The position numbers were made by a program, and so were the translations under genes. The notes below the pieces were generated by a model. That model did not search any database. It saw nothing but the letters and a program-made list of their open reading frames with translations, and was not told the DNA's origin. Source: Elusimicrobiota bacterium (GTDB taxonomy: Bacteria > Elusimicrobiota > Elusimicrobia > F11). From it: a DNA stretch of 64,000 nt. The number at the start of each line of letters is the position of its first letter. The stretch's first letter is position 1. This document shows, in pieces, positions 28,415 to 36,660 of the stretch. Where the stretch lies: the NCBI GenBank assembly GCA_044221725.1, contig JBGAON010000004.1, positions 192,001-256,000 on the forward strand. Direction: 5' to 3'.

Positions 28415-30649
28415 CTATTTTTCGTTTGTTACCGGCACCGTGTTCCGAATCAGTTTTGCCGAAACCCCAAAAACAAACCACGTAAGCGCGAGCGCACCGA
28501 TGGCAAAAACCGTGTCGCCCGGCACGCGCAGCCAGCGCAACGTCTGCATCAGGGGTGTTTTCAAGAATTCGTGGCTGCGCGCATACCAGTAACCGTGGTC
28601 AACCGAGGCCCAGGTCTGTAAAAGTCCGACGGGCAACAAGCTGAACAGGATCATGGCGGCCAAACCCAAATTCATGCACCAGAACGAAAACTTGAGAATG
28701 GATTCGTTCCATTTGAGCGACGGGTTCATCGCTTTCAAGCAGAACAACATCAGGGCGATGCCGAGCATGCCGTACACGCCGAAGAGCGCTGCGTGGCCGT
28801 GCACCGGCGTCGTGTTCAAACCCTGCATGTAATAAAGAGCTATCGGCGGGTTGATCATGAAACCGAAAAGGCCGGCGCCCACCATGTTCCAAAACGCGAC
28901 CGCAAGAAAGTAATAAATCGGCCAGCGATAGTTGGCGATCCATTCGGATGCCTTGGAAAGGCGGTAATCGTCCCACGCGCTGTAGGCGACGAGCATGAGC
29001 GGCACTACCTCGAGAGCGCTGAATACCGAGCCCCACGCAATCGCTACCGTCGGCGTGCCGCTGAAATAGAGATGATGCAGCGTGCCGATGATGCCGCCCG
29101 ACAAGTAAATTGTTGCCGACAAGAGGGCCGTCTCCGCTGCGAACGCCGGTTTGATGAGATTGAGTTTCGTGAAGAAGAACGCAATCACCACGGTGGCAAA
29201 CACTTCAAAAAACCCTTCGACCCACAGATGCACAACCCACCAACGCCAATATTCCACGATCGACAGGTGTGTTTGGCGACCCCAGCTAAGTCCCGCTCCG
29301 TAAAACAAGCCGATCGCGGTTGTTGAAATAAGAAACAACGCGAGCAGCGGTTTGTGATCGCCAGGTTTTCGAAAGGCCGGCGCAATCCCGCGGATTACGA
29401 GGAACAGCCAGAGAAGGAGACCGACAAACAACGCCAACTGCCACACGCGACCGAGGTCAACGTACTCGTAGCCTTGATGTCCGAAATAAAACCACGCGTC
29501 GCCTTTCAGTTTGTTGAAGATGCTAAGCCACTGGCCTGTCATGGATCCGGCCACGACCAAAAGCAGCGCAATGAAAAGCGCGTTCACGCCCAACGCTTGG
29601 CCTTTGCGTTCTTCGCCGCTGACGGCCGGGCCAATGAAAAGACCCGCGGCGAGCCATGCCGTTGCAATCCACAGGACCCCCAGTTGCACGTGCCATGTTC
29701 GCGTCACGCTATAGGGAAGCCACTGCGCGAGGGGGAATCCATAAAACCCGCCGCCTTCCACACCGTAGTGCGCGGTTATTACGCCGGCCAGTATTTGAAC
29801 GACAATTAATAACGACACGACCCAAAAATATTTCAGCGTTGCGCGTTGGGATGCGGTGAGCGTGGAACCGATGAGCGGATCTTTCTGCGGCGCCTTTTCG
29901 GGCGCGGGCCCGCCGCGCGAGACATAGAACCACACAAGCGCTGCAATGCCGCCCAGCAGCATCAACACACTCACGCCGGTCCATACGACGGTTTCGCCGG
30001 TCGGCCGATTTCCGGTGAGCGGTTCGTGCGGCCAGTTGCTCGTGTAAGAGATTTTGTGATTCGGTCGGTTTGTGGAAGCAGCCCACGATGTCCAAAAGAA
30101 GAACGACGACAAATCGCGCAAGCGACCCGGATCGGTGACCGCTCCTTTGTGGATGGCGTATTCCTCCTTCCCGTTCAAGAAAACGTCGGAAAAATGCTGA
30201 TGATTGCTTTCAAATGCCTGCACGCGCAACGGATCGATTACGAGGGTTTTGGTTTCCGGGTTGTAGGTGTTCGTGCGGAGGAAATCCTGCAGACGGTTTT
30301 CCAATTGCCCTTTGTTCTCGTTCGGCAAAGAATCAAAATTCGTTTTGAAATCGGTCTGTGCCCAGGAATCAAGAATAAACATTGCTTCGCGGTGCAGCCA
30401 ATCGGCGGTCCAGTCGGGGGCGACGTAACTGCCGTGGCCCCACACCGACCCCACTTCCATTCCGCCCATTGCTTGCCACACATTCTGGCCGCGGGAGATT
30501 TGACCGTGGTCGATCAGGACGGTTCCATCGGTGCTGGTGACTTGTTCCGGAATCGGTGGAAGTTCTTGATAAATGCGAGAGCCCACCCATCCCAACACGC
30601 CAAATGATACAGCCAAGACGCCAACAAATAGTAACCACAGCTTCTTCAT
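28415..30649 (-). CDS. norB: Quinol-dependent nitric oxide reductase (qNOR)
   Basis: GSVWGHGSYVAPDWTADWLH, TAHYGVEG, RTWHVQ, QGYEYVDLGR, WWVVHLWVEGFFE, GTLHHLYF, HGHAALFGVYG. Confidence 0.97.
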   Translation of the reverse strand: MKKLWLLFVGVLAVSFGVLGWVGSRIYQELPPIPEQVTSTDGTVLIDHGQISRGQNVWQAMGGMEVGSVWGHGSYVAPDWTADWLHREAMFILDSWAQTDFKTNFDSLPNENKGQLENRLQDFLRTNTYNPETKTLVIDPLRVQAFESNHQHFSDVFLNGKEEYAIHKGAVTDPGRLRDLSSFFFWTSWAASTNRPNHKISYTSNWPHEPLTGNRPTGETVVWTGVSVLMLLGGIAALVWFYVSRGGPAPEKAPQKDPLIGSTLTASQRATLKYFWVVSLLIVVQILAGVITAHYGVEGGGFYGFPLAQWLPYSVTRTWHVQLGVLWIATAWLAAGLFIGPAVSGEERKGQALGVNALFIALLLVVAGSMTGQWLSIFNKLKGDAWFYFGHQGYEYVDLGRVWQLALFVGLLLWLFLVIRGIAPAFRKPGDHKPLLALFLISTTAIGLFYGAGLSWGRQTHLSIVEYWRWWVVHLWVEGFFEVFATVVIAFFFTKLNLIKPAFAAETALLSATIYLSGGIIGTLHHLYFSGTPTVAIAWGSVFSALEVVPLMLVAYSAWDDYRLSKASEWIANYRWPIYYFLAVAFWNMVGAGLFGFMINPPIALYYMQGLNTTPVHGHAALFGVYGMLGIALMLFCLKAMNPSLKWNESILKFSFWCMNLGLAAMILFSLLPVGLLQTWASVDHGYWYARSHEFLKTPLMQTLRWLRVPGDTVFAIGALALTWFVFGVSAKLIRNTVPVTNEK

Positions 30650-30725
30650 TCCATCCCCCTATATGTTCCGCATGCGATGCGGAAATCTTTCCGGCGCGCA
30701 TATTAACATGCGATTTCATATTGCG

Positions 30726-30745
30726 AATATGACGGAGCTCATATT
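30726..30745. promoter_or_regulatory. Crp/Fnr-like palindrome AATATGA-N6-TCATATT upstream of qNOR
   Basis: Perfect 7-bp arms; 18/20 identical to the copy at 32129-32148. An extended -10 (TGnTAATAT) lies on the minus strand at 30700-30708. Confidence 0.7.
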
Positions 30746-30763
30746 TGGCAGAAATATCTTGAA

Positions 30764-30785
30764 TATTTAACCAATTAGTTAAATA
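30764..30785. promoter_or_regulatory. Probable ArsR autoregulatory operator TATTTAAC-N6-GTTAAATA
   Basis: Perfect 8-bp inverted repeat 7 bp upstream of the ArsR start codon. Confidence 0.7.
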
Positions 30786-30792
30786 ATGTGGC

Positions 30793-31137
30793 ATGCTCAC
30801 CGACGACCAACTGAACCAAACTTTCAACGCCCTCGCCGATCCCACGCGCCGGGCCATGCTCGCCCGTTTATCGCGCGGCGAAGCAAACGTTTCTGATCTG
30901 GCCGCGCCCTTTCTGGACAAGATGAGCTTGCCAGCCGTCACCAAGCATTTAAAAGTACTCGAAAACGCTGGGCTTGTGCTGAAAGGCCGGGACGCGCAGT
31001 GGCGCCCGTGCGTAATAAATGGAGAAGCGCTCAAAGAAGCGTCCGACTGGATGGAGCGATACCGGGTTCATTGGGAAGCGAGTTTCGATCGGCTCGACGA
31101 ATATTTAAAGAAAGTCACAAAAGGAAAAAAATTATGA
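30793..31137 (+). CDS. ArsR/SmtB family transcriptional regulator
   Basis: FNALADPTRRAML, MSLPAVTKHLKVLENAGLV..GRDAQWRPC. Confidence 0.93.
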   Translation: MLTDDQLNQTFNALADPTRRAMLARLSRGEANVSDLAAPFLDKMSLPAVTKHLKVLENAGLVLKGRDAQWRPCVINGEALKEASDWMERYRVHWEASFDRLDEYLKKVTKGKKL

Positions 31138-32096
31138 CAACCGCGCAAGCGAAATCGAACGAATTAAAAATTACGCGTTTCTACGAGGCGCCCGTCGCCG
31201 CTGTTTGGGCCGCCTGGACCGACCCGAAACAAGTGGCGCAATGGTGGGGGCCGCGCGGTTTCTCGCTCACCACACACGCGCACGATTTGAAAACCGGTGG
31301 TCATTGGCATTACACAATGCACGGGCCCGATGGCGCCAATTACGTGAACAAAACGAAATATCACGAAGTTATTACGCACAAGAGAATGGTTTACGACCAC
31401 GGAGGAAACGACGAACGAAAACCACTTTTCCGCGTCACCGTTAATTTTGCGGCGGTCAATGGCGGGACGCTGATGGACATGACCATGGCGTGCCCAACAC
31501 CGGAGGAGGCTGAGCAGACAAAGAAGTTCGTGAAAAAAGCGGGCGGTGAAGCCACGTGGGATAGGCTTGCGGAGTACCTTATGAAAGGTTCGTCGGGAAA
31601 AGACATTTTTGTGATTAATCGTTCGTTTGATGTGCCGATCGAAACGATGTACGAGATGTGGACGAATCCGGCGCATGTAGCGCAATGGCTGCCGCCGACG
31701 GGATTCAGCATGAAATATCTCAAGGCGGATATTTGCGAGGGCGGTTCGGCATCGTATTCCATGTTCGCGGAGAACGGCGGTATGACCATGCACGGTCGCG
31801 CGTCCTATTTGAAGTTGGTCAAGCCACACACGATTGTTTACACGCAACAGTTCGTCGATGAAAAAGGGAATATTTCGCGGCATCCAATGGCGCCCACGTG
31901 GCCCGAGACGATGCTTACCACGGTCACGCTCACCGAAGAAGGCGCAAACAAAACACGCGTCAGCGTAAAATGGGAAGTCTACGGACATGCGTCCGACGCA
32001 GAAGTGCAGACGTTTGCGAATGCGCGCGCGGGAATGACGGGCGGTTGGACCGGCTCGTTCGACAAACTCGACGCCTATCTGGTGAAACGGCATTGA
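31134..32096 (+). CDS. Tandem SRPBCC (AHSA1-like) domain protein
   Basis: Two repeats of R...AP...VW.AWT.P..VAQW..P.GF; ATGA overlap with arsR. Confidence 0.9.
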   Translation: MTTAQAKSNELKITRFYEAPVAAVWAAWTDPKQVAQWWGPRGFSLTTHAHDLKTGGHWHYTMHGPDGANYVNKTKYHEVITHKRMVYDHGGNDERKPLFRVTVNFAAVNGGTLMDMTMACPTPEEAEQTKKFVKKAGGEATWDRLAEYLMKGSSGKDIFVINRSFDVPIETMYEMWTNPAHVAQWLPPTGFSMKYLKADICEGGSASYSMFAENGGMTMHGRASYLKLVKPHTIVYTQQFVDEKGNISRHPMAPTWPETMLTTVTLTEEGANKTRVSVKWEVYGHASDAEVQTFANARAGMTGGWTGSFDKLDAYLVKRH

Positions 32097-32128
32097 ATTA
32101 ACTTTGCTTTGCAAGTATTGTTGCGGCC

Positions 32129-32148
32129 AATATGACGCAGATCATATT
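32129..32148. promoter_or_regulatory. Crp/Fnr-like palindrome AATATGA-N6-TCATATT upstream of the oxidase operon
   Basis: AATATGACGCAGATCATATT; matches the copy upstream of qNOR. Candidate -10 AATAAT at 32168-32173. Confidence 0.7.
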
Positions 32149-32207
32149 CATGGCGAAATTCGTCATGAATAATTGGCACGTTGTTACTCTACTTGTGAGG
32201 TCGCCTA

Positions 32208-32981
32208 TTGTTCGCTCGTTGGTTTCCTGAAAGCATTTCTTCTGTCGCTTCCGACATCGATCAACTCTTCTGGTATTCCACCGCCTGGACCGCGGGTGTC
32301 GGCTTAATCGTCATTACCATCTTGGCTGTTTTCCTTGTGCGTTACCGTGAGCGCAACGGACGGTTCGCGTTCTATACGCACGGAGATACGAAGGGTGCGT
32401 TAACGCTCACGCTGACGCTGGCCGCGCTGGTGTTCTTGTTGCTCGATGTCAACCTCGCCTATCGCGATCACCGCGTTTGGGGCGCTATGTTTGGTCACCC
32501 TCCTATTAATATGAACGCGGTTCGCGTGGAAGTAATGCCCGAGCAGTTCGCGTGGAACATTCGTTACGCCGGCACCGATGATGTGTTTGGTACGGCGGAC
32601 GATATCGTGACAATGAACGAACTGCACGTGCCGGTGGGGCGTCCGGTGTTTGTCCAACTGAGTGCGCGCGACGTGATCCACAGTTTTTTCCTTCCAAACT
32701 TGCGCATAAAGCAAGACGCGATTCCGGGAATGGTCACCTCCATTTATTTCACGCCAGAAAAAACGGGACACTTCAATATCGCGTGCGCGCAGCATTGCGG
32801 TCTTGGTCATTACCGAATGAAAGGTGAGTTCGTTGTTGATTCGTTGGCGGATTTTGCGGCGTGGAGCGACGCGCAAGAAAAAGACGCGCTTTCCGCGACG
32901 CCGGAACAGTGGGCCTGGGATTGGAACAAGGGATTGTCCGCCGGCGGGGGCCCGAAACGAAAACAGGAGACACCTTCATGA
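32208..32981 (+). CDS. coxB: Heme-copper oxidase subunit II (CuA)
   Basis: Two TM helices; EQFAW.IRY, DVIHSFFLP..RIKQDAIPG, CAQHCGLGHYRM CuA motif. Confidence 0.92.
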   Translation: MFARWFPESISSVASDIDQLFWYSTAWTAGVGLIVITILAVFLVRYRERNGRFAFYTHGDTKGALTLTLTLAALVFLLLDVNLAYRDHRVWGAMFGHPPINMNAVRVEVMPEQFAWNIRYAGTDDVFGTADDIVTMNELHVPVGRPVFVQLSARDVIHSFFLPNLRIKQDAIPGMVTSIYFTPEKTGHFNIACAQHCGLGHYRMKGEFVVDSLADFAAWSDAQEKDALSATPEQWAWDWNKGLSAGGGPKRKQETPS

Positions 32982-34699
32982 GCACCGGTCACACGTCGTT
33001 TGTCCGCCGTTATATTTTCTCGACCAATCACAAAGTTGTTGCGCTTCAATATTTGATCAACGGACTGTTTTTTCTGGGCATGGGCGGCATTATGGCGCTT
33101 ATCATCCGTTGGCAAGTTGCTCATCCATGGCAACCGGTACCACTGCTCGGAAATTTAATTTTCCGTGAATCAAACGGCGCTGTCAGTCCCGAAGTGTACA
33201 CGATGCTTTTTACGAACCACGGAACCATCATGGTATTTTTCGCGATCACGCCGATTCTCATCGGCACGTTCGGAAATTATTTGATTCCGCTCGAAGTGGG
33301 CGCGCGCGACATGGCGTTTCCAACCGTGAACATGTTGTCCTACTGGTTCCTGTTTTTGGGAAGCGTATCGCTTTTGGCATCGTTCTTTGTTCCGGGCGGT
33401 GCGGCCGGAACTGGCTGGACGGTTTACGCTCCGCTATCGTCGAGCACGGGTGTTACGCCGGGGTGGGGGCAGGATCTTTTTATCTTGGGGCTCGCCCTGG
33501 ATGCGGTGTCCATCATGATGGGCGGTATCAATTACATCACGACAATTTTTCAATTGCGTGCGCCCGGACTTAAATTGCGGCGCCTTCCGCTGACTCTTTG
33601 GGGCCTTTTTTACAGTTCGGTCCTAAATACCATTTGGTTGCCGTTGGTAGCGGCGGCCCTCTTTATGGTTCTCGCGGACCGGCGGCTGGGTACCGCATTT
33701 TTCACAGCGGGACCGCTCGCGCCGCATTCGGGTGGGCAGGTGCTGCTTTATCAGCACTTGTTCTGGGGGTTCGGTCACCCGGAGGTGTACATTCTCATTT
33801 TGCCGGTGTGGGGAATGGTCGCCGACTTCCTGTCGATATTTTCGCGCAAACCGGCGTTCGGTTACACGGCGACCGTTATTTCGATGATGAGCGTCACAAT
33901 CTTGAGCGGTGTCGTTTGGGGACATCACATGTTCACGGCGGGAATGAATCCACTCGTCGGGAAAGTTTTCATGGTTCTTACCGTTATGGTGAGCGTACCC
34001 ACCGCGGTGTTTTTCCTGAATTGGCTGGCCACGCTCTGGCGCGGGTCGCTTCGGTTCCCAACACCCATGTTGTTTGCGCTGGGCGTTGTGTTTGTGTTCA
34101 CGATTGGCGGCCTCACGGGTCTTTTTAACGCGATGCAAGCGTTCGACGTCTATATCCACGACACGTATTTCGTCGTCGGCCACTTCCACTTCACGCTGGC
34201 GGCGAGCGTTTTGTTGGGTGTGTTCGCGCTCCTTTATTTTTGGTTTCCAAAAATGTTCGGCAAACGAATGAACGAGCCCGTCGGAAAAATTCATTTTTGG
34301 GCGAGCTTCTTAAGCCTTAATGTTCTTTTTACGTTCATGATGCTGAGCGGGTTGCACGGCCATATGCGCCGGCTCGCCGATCCGTCGGTGTACGACTTCT
34401 TAAAGCCGATTCAATGGATGCAGCCAATTTTGTGGTGGTCCGCGTTTGCGCTTGGCGCGTCGCAATTGATTTTTGTTGCGAACTTTGTCGGCTCGCTTAT
34501 ATGGGGAACGCGAACAGAAGAAAATCCGTGGCGGGCGGGGAGCTTAGCTTGGACCACGGCGTCGCCACCACCGGTTCACAACTTTGATGCAACGCCGGTG
34601 GTGACGTGCGGGACGCATGAGTTTACTGTTCCCGGTCTCACCGAAAAAGATTGGCTTGCGCAAAACGATCCGCGCGGCACGCAGCTTGGACGAAGTTAA
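32978..34699 (+). CDS. coxA: Heme-copper oxidase subunit I, A-family (K-channel Lys absent)
   Basis: TNHGTIM, GARDMAFP, GWTVY, FGHPEVY, WGHHMF, HDTYFVVGHFHF, MRR; ATGA overlap with coxB. Confidence 0.95.
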   Translation: MSTGHTSFVRRYIFSTNHKVVALQYLINGLFFLGMGGIMALIIRWQVAHPWQPVPLLGNLIFRESNGAVSPEVYTMLFTNHGTIMVFFAITPILIGTFGNYLIPLEVGARDMAFPTVNMLSYWFLFLGSVSLLASFFVPGGAAGTGWTVYAPLSSSTGVTPGWGQDLFILGLALDAVSIMMGGINYITTIFQLRAPGLKLRRLPLTLWGLFYSSVLNTIWLPLVAAALFMVLADRRLGTAFFTAGPLAPHSGGQVLLYQHLFWGFGHPEVYILILPVWGMVADFLSIFSRKPAFGYTATVISMMSVTILSGVVWGHHMFTAGMNPLVGKVFMVLTVMVSVPTAVFFLNWLATLWRGSLRFPTPMLFALGVVFVFTIGGLTGLFNAMQAFDVYIHDTYFVVGHFHFTLAASVLLGVFALLYFWFPKMFGKRMNEPVGKIHFWASFLSLNVLFTFMMLSGLHGHMRRLADPSVYDFLKPIQWMQPILWWSAFALGASQLIFVANFVGSLIWGTRTEENPWRAGSLAWTTASPPPVHNFDATPVVTCGTHEFTVPGLTEKDWLAQNDPRGTQLGRS

Positions 34700-34708
34700 G
34701 GAGGAGCA

Positions 34709-35302
34709 ATGAGTCACAATTCGATTTTGGATAGCGCGGCTCCGCCGGCCGTGCCCGACATGGCGCCCGGAAAATTCGGCATGTGGGTGTTCCTCGTGTC
34801 AGAAATTATGTTTTTCACGGGACTCGTTGGAAGTTACATCGTGCTCCGCCTTGGCAGTGCAAGTTGGCCGAATTCGTGGCAGATTCTAAATGTGCCGTTG
34901 TTGACGATTAACACCACGGTGCTCTTGACGTCGAGTCTCACGATGGTGTTGGCCGTGTCCGCCATTCAGCGCGGCGACGCGGCCGCGTGCGCGCGACATC
35001 TTCTGCTGACGGCCGTGCTCGGAAGCGTTTTCCTCGTGGTGAAAGTCATCGATTACATACATATGATCGAACATGGTTTTACAATCTCATCGAATTTGTT
35101 TGGTTCGTGTTATTACTTGCTTACCGGTTTTCATGGGCTGCACGTGCTGTCGGGGGTGATTGTGCTGCTCGTGCTGCACGCCCAAGCAAAGGCCGGGCGG
35201 TTTTCGAAAGACAGTTATGTTCGTGTAGAAAGCTCAGGGCTTTACTGGCATTTCATTGATGCCGTCTGGGTCGTTCTGTTTGCTTTCTTGTGCCTGCTAT
35301 GA
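34709..35302 (+). CDS. coxC: Heme-copper oxidase subunit III (short form)
   Basis: GMWVFLVSEIMFF, NT..LLTSS, LTGFHGLHV, GLYWHFID.VW. Confidence 0.92.
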   Translation: MSHNSILDSAAPPAVPDMAPGKFGMWVFLVSEIMFFTGLVGSYIVLRLGSASWPNSWQILNVPLLTINTTVLLTSSLTMVLAVSAIQRGDAAACARHLLLTAVLGSVFLVVKVIDYIHMIEHGFTISSNLFGSCYYLLTGFHGLHVLSGVIVLLVLHAQAKAGRFSKDSYVRVESSGLYWHFIDAVWVVLFAFLCLL

Positions 35303-35601
35303 GCGCGGAGACGACAATGCTCACCAAGAAAAGTGCGATTGTAATTTACACGTGGCTTGTTGTGCTTACGCTGGTTGAAGTGCTCATTGTTCGAGCCGGA
35401 GTGACGAAAGCCGTTGGTGCGATACTCATGGCCGGAACAACGCTCGGGAAAACATTAATGATTGGGCTTTACTTCATGCACATTAAGCACGATCGGCCCA
35501 TCGCTTGGTTGTTGCCGGCGGTGCCGCTCGTTTTGGCCGTGTTATTTGTATTAGCGCTTTTTCCCGATCTCGTTTATCACTTGCCGCTCAAATTCCAATG
35601 A
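35299..35601 (+). CDS. Cytochrome c oxidase subunit IV family protein
   Basis: L.VLT.VEV and K..MI.LYFMH.K motifs; three TM helices; ATGA overlap. Confidence 0.85.
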   Translation: MSAETTMLTKKSAIVIYTWLVVLTLVEVLIVRAGVTKAVGAILMAGTTLGKTLMIGLYFMHIKHDRPIAWLLPAVPLVLAVLFVLALFPDLVYHLPLKFQ

Positions 35602-35813
35602 CGCGCCGCAGAAATCTTGTTTTTGCGGCCGGGGTGATTCTTTTCGCTTCACGACTGTTCGCAGGGACCTGCGCGATGTGCCGGCAAAATCTTGAGTCCG
35701 GTGGATCGGCTGGACTGGTAAAAGGAATCTACTGGAGCATCGTTGTGATTCTCGGTGTTCCGCTTGTAATTCTCGCGCTTGGCGTTCGTTACGCCTGGCG
35801 CCACTACAATTAA
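35598..35813 (+). CDS. Small exported membrane protein with CxxC (CAMC), last gene of the oxidase operon
   Basis: ATGA overlap; signal-like N-terminus, CAMC, C-terminal TM helix. Confidence 0.7.
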   Translation: MTRRRNLVFAAGVILFASRLFAGTCAMCRQNLESGGSAGLVKGIYWSIVVILGVPLVILALGVRYAWRHYN

Positions 35814-35821
35814 TTATTTTT

Positions 35822-36589
35822 TTAGACGTCGGTAACGTTCGTCGTTTTCGTTTCGGCTCGGGCGGTTTCACGTAACAACTTCATGAGTTCAATAGCGTTC
35901 TTTACCGCGTAGGCTTTTTGGTCGTTATCGAAATAGAAATAAACGTCGATACCGCGCCGCAATTGCGCTCGCACCCATTTCGCCCAATCTCGCAGTTGTT
36001 CCATGGAATACCGATTGCGGTAGCGCGGTCCGGGGCCATGCAGCCGGACATACGCAAAGGTCGTTGTCACGTATCGCGGCGTGCTGCGTCCATCGAAATC
36101 GTAAATGCAAAACGCGCGTCGGTAATCGCGCAGCAAATTCAACGTGTCGTCAGCAATCCACTCGGGATCGCGCAGTTCAAACGCGCAGCGCTGATCCTCT
36201 GGTAGCGCCTCGAGGAATGCTTTCAGGCGCTCGGTGTTTTTATGCCAGCGCGGCGGCAGTTGAAAAAGAATCGGCCCACGTTTTTCTTTGAGAAATTTAA
36301 GCGCCGAGAAAAACCGTCTGAGCGCGCGCCGCGGTTTCGAAAGTCGCAAGATATGCGTGATGAAGCGGCTTCCTTTCAATGAAAAAAGAAAACCGTCGGG
36401 CGTTTGTTTGTACCATTGCTTCGTCTCGGGCGGCCGCAGCAACCGGTAGAACGATTTGTTCACCTCCACCGAATGAAACCGCTGCGCGTACAGTGGCAGA
36501 TATTTCGATGCGGCCGCCCCCCGATAAAACGGCGCGCGCCAATGCGGATAATTCCAACCGGAGGTTCCGATAAAAATTTTGCCGGGCAT
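35822..36589 (-). CDS. DUF72 (YecE-like) protein
   Basis: IGTSGW.Y..W, VEVN.SFY, LFQLPP, ELRD..W, YVRLHG, YFDND. Confidence 0.92.
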   Translation of the reverse strand: MPGKIFIGTSGWNYPHWRAPFYRGAAASKYLPLYAQRFHSVEVNKSFYRLLRPPETKQWYKQTPDGFLFSLKGSRFITHILRLSKPRRALRRFFSALKFLKEKRGPILFQLPPRWHKNTERLKAFLEALPEDQRCAFELRDPEWIADDTLNLLRDYRRAFCIYDFDGRSTPRYVTTTFAYVRLHGPGPRYRNRYSMEQLRDWAKWVRAQLRRGIDVYFYFDNDQKAYAVKNAIELMKLLRETARAETKTTNVTDV

Positions 36590-36660
36590 ACACCTTTAAT
36601 ACGAACGAGCGCGAGGGAATGACGGAGAGAGATTGCTTGGATGAGAGGGATGGCCCCGAT

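Noticed and set aside
28415..30649. qNOR as a possible NO dismutase (Nod)
   Set aside because: It has the canonical qNOR residues (HLWVEGFFE, TLHHLYF, RTWHVQ), not the Nod-type substitutions.
32174..32190. Sigma-54 promoter (TGGCACG) upstream of coxB
   Set aside because: The -12 TTGC element is not present at the required spacing.
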